From contig CBDFIJ010000004.1 in assembly GCA_965248055.1 (NCBI GenBank), positions 1,248,001-1,312,000 on the forward strand: a stretch of 64,000 bases of DNA, read 5' to 3'. The stretch's first letter is position 1. The number at the start of each line of letters is the position of its first letter. The translations under genes were made by a program, and so were the position numbers. The notes under the pieces were generated by a model. The model had not been told where the DNA came from, ran no database searches, and saw nothing but the letters and a program-made list of their open reading frames with translations. Below, one piece after another: positions 59,462 through 64,000 of the stretch. The stretch comes from Candidatus Multivoradales bacterium. GTDB taxonomy: Bacteria > Acidobacteriota > Thermoanaerobaculia > Multivoradales > JAHEKO01.

Positions 59462-59968
59462 CTAACGGTGGATCAGGATGTGGGTGAACCAATAGCTTCC
59501 ACCCTCTTTGGCAATTCCCACTCCCACCAACTCAAAGTCTGTTCCCAGGATCACATCTCGATGCGAGGGACTGGTCATCAACTGGCTATGGGCCGAGCCG
59601 ACCGGGTCTCCGGCTCCAGTAATGCGAGCGATGGTTTCGCCGGCGAAACGGAACGAAACTCCAGCGTCTCGCAGACGATCACCCAGGTCGCGTCCTTGAG
59701 GATCGATGTGGTCGAAAAACCCTTGGTCGCGCATCGCCTCGCTGTAGGCCCTGGCCACCGCCTGAATAGGATCTTCGTGGCCAACTTGGCTGACGCTAGC
59801 TCGGGAACGCTCCTCATTGACCAAAGATTCAGACCCGGCTTCGAGCACCGAGAGATTTATGATTCCTGGGGCGGTTGGGCTACTGCTCCCGCCGCAGTTG
59901 GCCGAGATCATGGCAACTGCAAGCGAAAGCAACAAAACGAGAGACCGGTGAGTTCCGTGTTTATTCAT
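59462..59968 (-). CDS. CAP/SCP domain lipoprotein
   Basis: Lipobox SANC, FFDH, SPSHR, VGVGIA. Confidence 0.85.
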   Translation of the reverse strand: MNKHGTHRSLVLLLSLAVAMISANCGGSSSPTAPGIINLSVLEAGSESLVNEERSRASVSQVGHEDPIQAVARAYSEAMRDQGFFDHIDPQGRDLGDRLRDAGVSFRFAGETIARITGAGDPVGSAHSQLMTSPSHRDVILGTDFELVGVGIAKEGGSYWFTHILIHR

Positions 59969-60218
59969 CGACGCAATCTAGCCCGCCGGATAGCTCCAAG
60001 AGAACGTCTGCTGTCACATGACCGGCGTCACACGTTGCTCGATATCTAGCAGCTTTCGATATCCGGTTGAGGGATGGGTCGAGATTCTTCCTGCCGGGTC
60101 CGGCCTAATGGCCAACTCGATCGGCCGTTTGATGGGTCAACTTGAAGAGCCATGCTGGTTGCTCAGCCGGGCGCTGGCTATCCAGCGAGGCATCGGGCCT
60201 CCCTCCCAAGCCGTCCCA

Positions 60219-61586
60219 CTAATCGAGCGTGAGGTCGCTACGAACCAGCACCGCGTCCAGCGCTTGATCCGCTCTGCCCCGGATCTCATCTAGGTCGAGA
60301 TGGAGCAGCTGGCGATCTTCCACCAGCACCCGCCCATCAACGATGACGTGGCGCACGTCGGCACGCGAAACGGAGTAGGCGATCAAGTCGTGCGGATTGG
60401 CGTGCCGACTCCAGGTTTCTGGACGCGAGCGGTCGAGCACCAATACGTCGGCTGCGCGACCCACCGACAAAGTGCCGGTAGTGTCTGCCATCCCCAGCGC
60501 GCGGGCCCCCTCATTGGTGGCTAGGCGCAGCGCGTCAAGCCCGGAAAAACTCGCGGGGCCGTGCTTGAGGTGTTGCAGCATCGCGGCCAGTCGGATCTCG
60601 GTAAAAGCATCTAAATCATTACTACAGGCGGCACCATCGGCACCCACACCGACTGGCACCCCAGCAGCACGGATGCCCACCAAATCGGCGATGCCCGAGC
60701 CCAGCTTGAGGTTGGAACTTGGGCAATGGACAACGCTGAAGCGGGAAGCGTTCACCCGCTTGAGGTGTCCTTGCTGAAGCTGCACACCGTGCGCGATACA
60801 CAGCCTTTGACCCAGGATTCCGGTTTCGTCGAAATACTCGACCTCGTCGCGCCCTCCCTTGAGCTGGCGCACAACCTCGGTCTCTTCGCGCTGCTCCAGG
60901 GCGTGGGTATGGATCGGCCAGCCACGCTGTTGGGAGAGGTCGCGCAAACCGGACCACAGCCCGTCGGAGCAACTGAGGATAAAGCGAGGATTGAGAACGT
61001 ATTGCAAACGGCCCTGGTCTAGGCCGTGGAAGCGGTCCCCTAGCTCCGCAGTGTGGGCGAGCGTAGCGTCGGTGTCTTCGCGCAGAGCATCGGGCAACCC
61101 TTCTCCCGCGTCCATCAGGCACTTGCCGGCAACCGCGCGCAGGCCGGAGTCCTCCAGCGCGCGCAGCAGACCCGCCGCGCCAGGACCGAGTCCAATGTCC
61201 TGCACTGTGGTGGTGCCAGAGAGCAGGCACTCCGCGGCGCCCAGCAGAGAACACCAATAGGCACTCTCGTCGTCATGCCCCGCTTCCAGCGGCCAAATGC
61301 GCTCCCGGAGCCAGGGCAGGAGTCGACGCCTCTCGGCTAAGCCACGAAAAAGCGTCTGCCCTAAATGAACGTGACCTTGGATCAGTCCCGGCAAGATCCA
61401 GCAATCGCTGACGTCCAGTACTCGAGTGTCGGGCGGCGGTTCCATTGCGCTACCGATCTCTTGAATCTTGCCCTGGCTGAGCAAGACATCCGCTGATCGC
61501 GCACTCGCCTCAGGGTCGAGAGTGAGGACGGTGCCCCCCTTGAGCAGCAGGTCAGAACGCGGGTGTAACGCCAAGCGATCAGACAT
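60219..61586 (-). CDS. Amidohydrolase (nucleoside deaminase, MtaD/DadD-like)
   Basis: PGLIQGHVH, HTHALE, HCPSSNLKLGSG, GADG. Confidence 0.88.
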   Translation of the reverse strand: MSDRLALHPRSDLLLKGGTVLTLDPEASARSADVLLSQGKIQEIGSAMEPPPDTRVLDVSDCWILPGLIQGHVHLGQTLFRGLAERRRLLPWLRERIWPLEAGHDDESAYWCSLLGAAECLLSGTTTVQDIGLGPGAAGLLRALEDSGLRAVAGKCLMDAGEGLPDALREDTDATLAHTAELGDRFHGLDQGRLQYVLNPRFILSCSDGLWSGLRDLSQQRGWPIHTHALEQREETEVVRQLKGGRDEVEYFDETGILGQRLCIAHGVQLQQGHLKRVNASRFSVVHCPSSNLKLGSGIADLVGIRAAGVPVGVGADGAACSNDLDAFTEIRLAAMLQHLKHGPASFSGLDALRLATNEGARALGMADTTGTLSVGRAADVLVLDRSRPETWSRHANPHDLIAYSVSRADVRHVIVDGRVLVEDRQLLHLDLDEIRGRADQALDAVLVRSDLTLD

Positions 61587-61632
61587 AGTGCTCCGATTGT
61601 AGCGGTGAACGCGGGCTTGTAGACTGACGACA

Positions 61633-62940
61633 ATGTTTGAAAGGTGGTTTCAACTGAGCGCACGGGGTACTTCCGTGGCAGTGGAAGTGCGGGCGGGATT
61701 GGTGACTTTCCTCACCATGTCCTACATCCTGTTCGTCAATCCGGGAATTCTTGCCCAGGCGGGAATGCCCGCCGAAGACGTGGCGGTGGCCACCGCTTTG
61801 GCCGCCGCGATCGCAACTCTGGCGATGGGCTTGCTGGCCAATTACCCAATCGCTCTAGCACCCGGTATGGGGCTCAATGCTTATTTCACCTACGGCGTAG
61901 TGCTCGGCATGGGGGTCGAGTGGCAGGTAGCGCTGGCCGCAGTCTTCGTAGAAGGCGTTCTGTTCCTGCTGTTGGCGCTCGGTGGCGTCCGATCAGCCCT
62001 AGTGCGAGCGATTCCCCAGCCGCTCAAGCTGGCGACCATGGGTGGAATCGGCCTATTTCTGGCGATCATTGGTTTTGAGAACGCCGGTTGGGTGATCGAT
62101 CATCCGGTAACCCTGGTGACTGCGGGGGATCTCTCTCAACCTCCCGCCTTGTTGGCTTTCGGCGGCCTGTTGTTGATCGCTGCGTTGATGGCGCGACGGG
62201 TAAGCGGTGCGATCTTGATCGGCATCGTCGCAGTCACAGTTGCGGCTTGGTTGCTCGGTGTTGCCAGCCCGCCCGAGAGTTTCTTGAGCATGCCTCGGCT
62301 GCCGCGCGAAACGCTGTTTGCCCTCGACTTTCGTGGACTGCTCGCGGGTAAGGCGGTGATGGTGATCGCGGCGTTTCTATTCGTCGACCTATTCGATACC
62401 GCGGGTACTTTGATTGGGGTGGGGAGACTGGCCGGGCTGGTCGACCAGGACGGTGAGCTACCGCGCGCCGACCGAGCCTTCGCCGCCGACGCCTTGGGTA
62501 CCTCAGCGGGCGCCTTGCTCGGCACCAGTACCGTAACCAGTTACGTGGAATCGGCAACCGGGGTCGAGGAAGGGGGACGCACGGGGCTCACCGCGGTGGT
62601 GGTGAGTGGTCTGTTTCTTCTGTCTTTGTTCTTTACTCCCCTCCTGGTGGCGGTCCCGGCTGCGGCGACTGCACCGGCGCTGATTGCGGTCGGCGCCTTG
62701 ATGTTCCGAGGCTCGAGTGAAATCGACTGGAAATCTCCCGATCAAGCGGTGCCGGCTTTTCTCACCATGGTCGGCATGCCGCTGACCTACTCGATCGCCA
62801 ATGGAATCAGCCTGGGAATCGTTTCCTGGGTGGCGATCAAATTACTCAGTGGTCGACGCCGCGAACTGCATCCGATCTTGATTGCTGTGGCAGTGGCCCT
62901 GGTCGCTTTCTACGTGATCCGCTCAACCACCAGCACCTAA
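61633..62940 (+). CDS. NCS2 (AzgA-type) purine permease
   Basis: TFLTMSYILFVNP, APGMGLNAYF, DLFDTAGT, YVESATG..GGRTGLT. Confidence 0.93.
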   Translation: MFERWFQLSARGTSVAVEVRAGLVTFLTMSYILFVNPGILAQAGMPAEDVAVATALAAAIATLAMGLLANYPIALAPGMGLNAYFTYGVVLGMGVEWQVALAAVFVEGVLFLLLALGGVRSALVRAIPQPLKLATMGGIGLFLAIIGFENAGWVIDHPVTLVTAGDLSQPPALLAFGGLLLIAALMARRVSGAILIGIVAVTVAAWLLGVASPPESFLSMPRLPRETLFALDFRGLLAGKAVMVIAAFLFVDLFDTAGTLIGVGRLAGLVDQDGELPRADRAFAADALGTSAGALLGTSTVTSYVESATGVEEGGRTGLTAVVVSGLFLLSLFFTPLLVAVPAAATAPALIAVGALMFRGSSEIDWKSPDQAVPAFLTMVGMPLTYSIANGISLGIVSWVAIKLLSGRRRELHPILIAVAVALVAFYVIRSTTST

Positions 62941-62948
62941 GAGGAAAG

Positions 62949-64000
62949 ATGCGATCAATAGAGACAGTCCAAGGTCAACGGGTAGTCACGCCTGAGGGGG
63001 TGCGGCCAGCAACCGTGCGCATCGAAGCAGGGCGCATCGCCGCTGTCGAGAATTACCAAAGCCAACTCACGGGTCTCGGGGTGATCGACGCTGAGGATCG
63101 AGTGGTTTCACCGGGGTTGGTCGACAGCCATGTGCATATCAATCAACCTGGACGCACCGAATGGGAAGGATTTGAAACTGCGACCCGGGCAGCCGCGGCG
63201 GGTGGCGTCACCACACTGGTCGACATGCCGCTCAACGCAATCCCAGCGACCACCACGGTCGAAGCACTGCGCATCAAGCGCGATGCCGCGCAATCCAATT
63301 GCTGGGTCGATGTAGGTTTCTGGGCCGGGGTGGTCCCAGGAAACCTGGGCGAAATCAGCGCGCTGGCCGAAACGGGCGTCTGTGGCTTCAAAGCCTTCTT
63401 GGTGGATTCCGGGGTACCCGAGTTCGAAGCCATCGATCTGCAGGAGCTGCGGGTGGCTGCGGCCACCATCGCTAGCATCGGGCTGCCGCTGCTGGTACAC
63501 AGCGAACATCTCGACGAGATCTTGGCCCCGGCAGACGATCTAGCCTTGGAAGATCGACGGCGCTATCTGCGCTACATGCAGAGTCGCCCAGCCATAGCCG
63601 AAGTTCAGGCGATCGAAGCGCTGATCGCGATCGCTGAAGCAACCGGAGTCCGCCTGCACATCGTTCACCTAGCAACCGGTAAAGCTTTGCCTACCATCAA
63701 CGCAGCGCGTCAACGGGGCGTGGCAATCACTGTGGAGAGCTGCCCCCATTACTTGACCTTTGCCGCCGAGGAGATCGGCGACGGCCAGACGCTGTTCAAG
63801 TGCGCTCCGCCGATTCGCGAGGCTGGCGAACGGGAGCAACTGTGGCAAGGGCTGCTGAACCAGGAGATTGACCTGATCGCCACCGACCACTCCCCCAGTC
63901 CGCCAGAGCTCAAGGACATGGACGGTGGCGACTTTTTCAACGCTTGGGGTGGCATCTCGTCGCTGCAACTGTTGTTGCCCGCGGTTTGGACCGAAGCAAA
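62949..64000 (+). CDS. allB: Allantoinase (truncated by window edge)
   Basis: PGLVDSHVHINQPGRTEWEGF, DMPLNAIP, FKCAPPIR, TDHSP, AWGGISSLQ. Confidence 0.92.
   Translation, partial: MRSIETVQGQRVVTPEGVRPATVRIEAGRIAAVENYQSQLTGLGVIDAEDRVVSPGLVDSHVHINQPGRTEWEGFETATRAAAAGGVTTLVDMPLNAIPATTTVEALRIKRDAAQSNCWVDVGFWAGVVPGNLGEISALAETGVCGFKAFLVDSGVPEFEAIDLQELRVAAATIASIGLPLLVHSEHLDEILAPADDLALEDRRRYLRYMQSRPAIAEVQAIEALIAIAEATGVRLHIVHLATGKALPTINAARQRGVAITVESCPHYLTFAAEEIGDGQTLFKCAPPIREAGEREQLWQGLLNQEIDLIATDHSPSPPELKDMDGGDFFNAWGGISSLQLLLPAVWTEA

Overview
Bacterial chromosomal window, moderately GC-rich. The gene content (VWFA-related protein, Ser/Thr kinase-TPR, myxobacterial/acidobacterial-type Y1 transposase) suggests Acidobacteriota, possibly Thermoanaerobaculia; this is an inference. 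There are about 60 mostly housekeeping genes, including a selenocysteine-containing selD with SECIS, modABC, a lipid-modification neighbourhood, purine catabolism genes, and a five-gene mevalonate operon of the haloarchaea/Chloroflexi type (fni-hmgA-mvk-PMD-IPK, no phosphomevalonate kinase). No rRNA, tRNA or CRISPR array was seen. Most unusual signals: (1) a ~300-nt structured minus-strand RNA at 9250-9546 with a 16-nt perfect complement to the conserved 16S rRNA 3' end in front of a 14-codon ORF, in a region where many genes look leaderless; (2) a ~10.6-kb island (45411-56015) bounded by two vapBC copies, with a REP-associated-type HUH transposase whose 23-bp end motif recurs five times, three times followed by short pieces of the transposase gene itself; (3) a 2.7-kb Campbell-type insertion that duplicated the overlapping 3' ends of two convergent genes; (4) a 139-bp MITE; (5) a B12-radical SAM gene switched off by an exact 19-bp tandem duplication.
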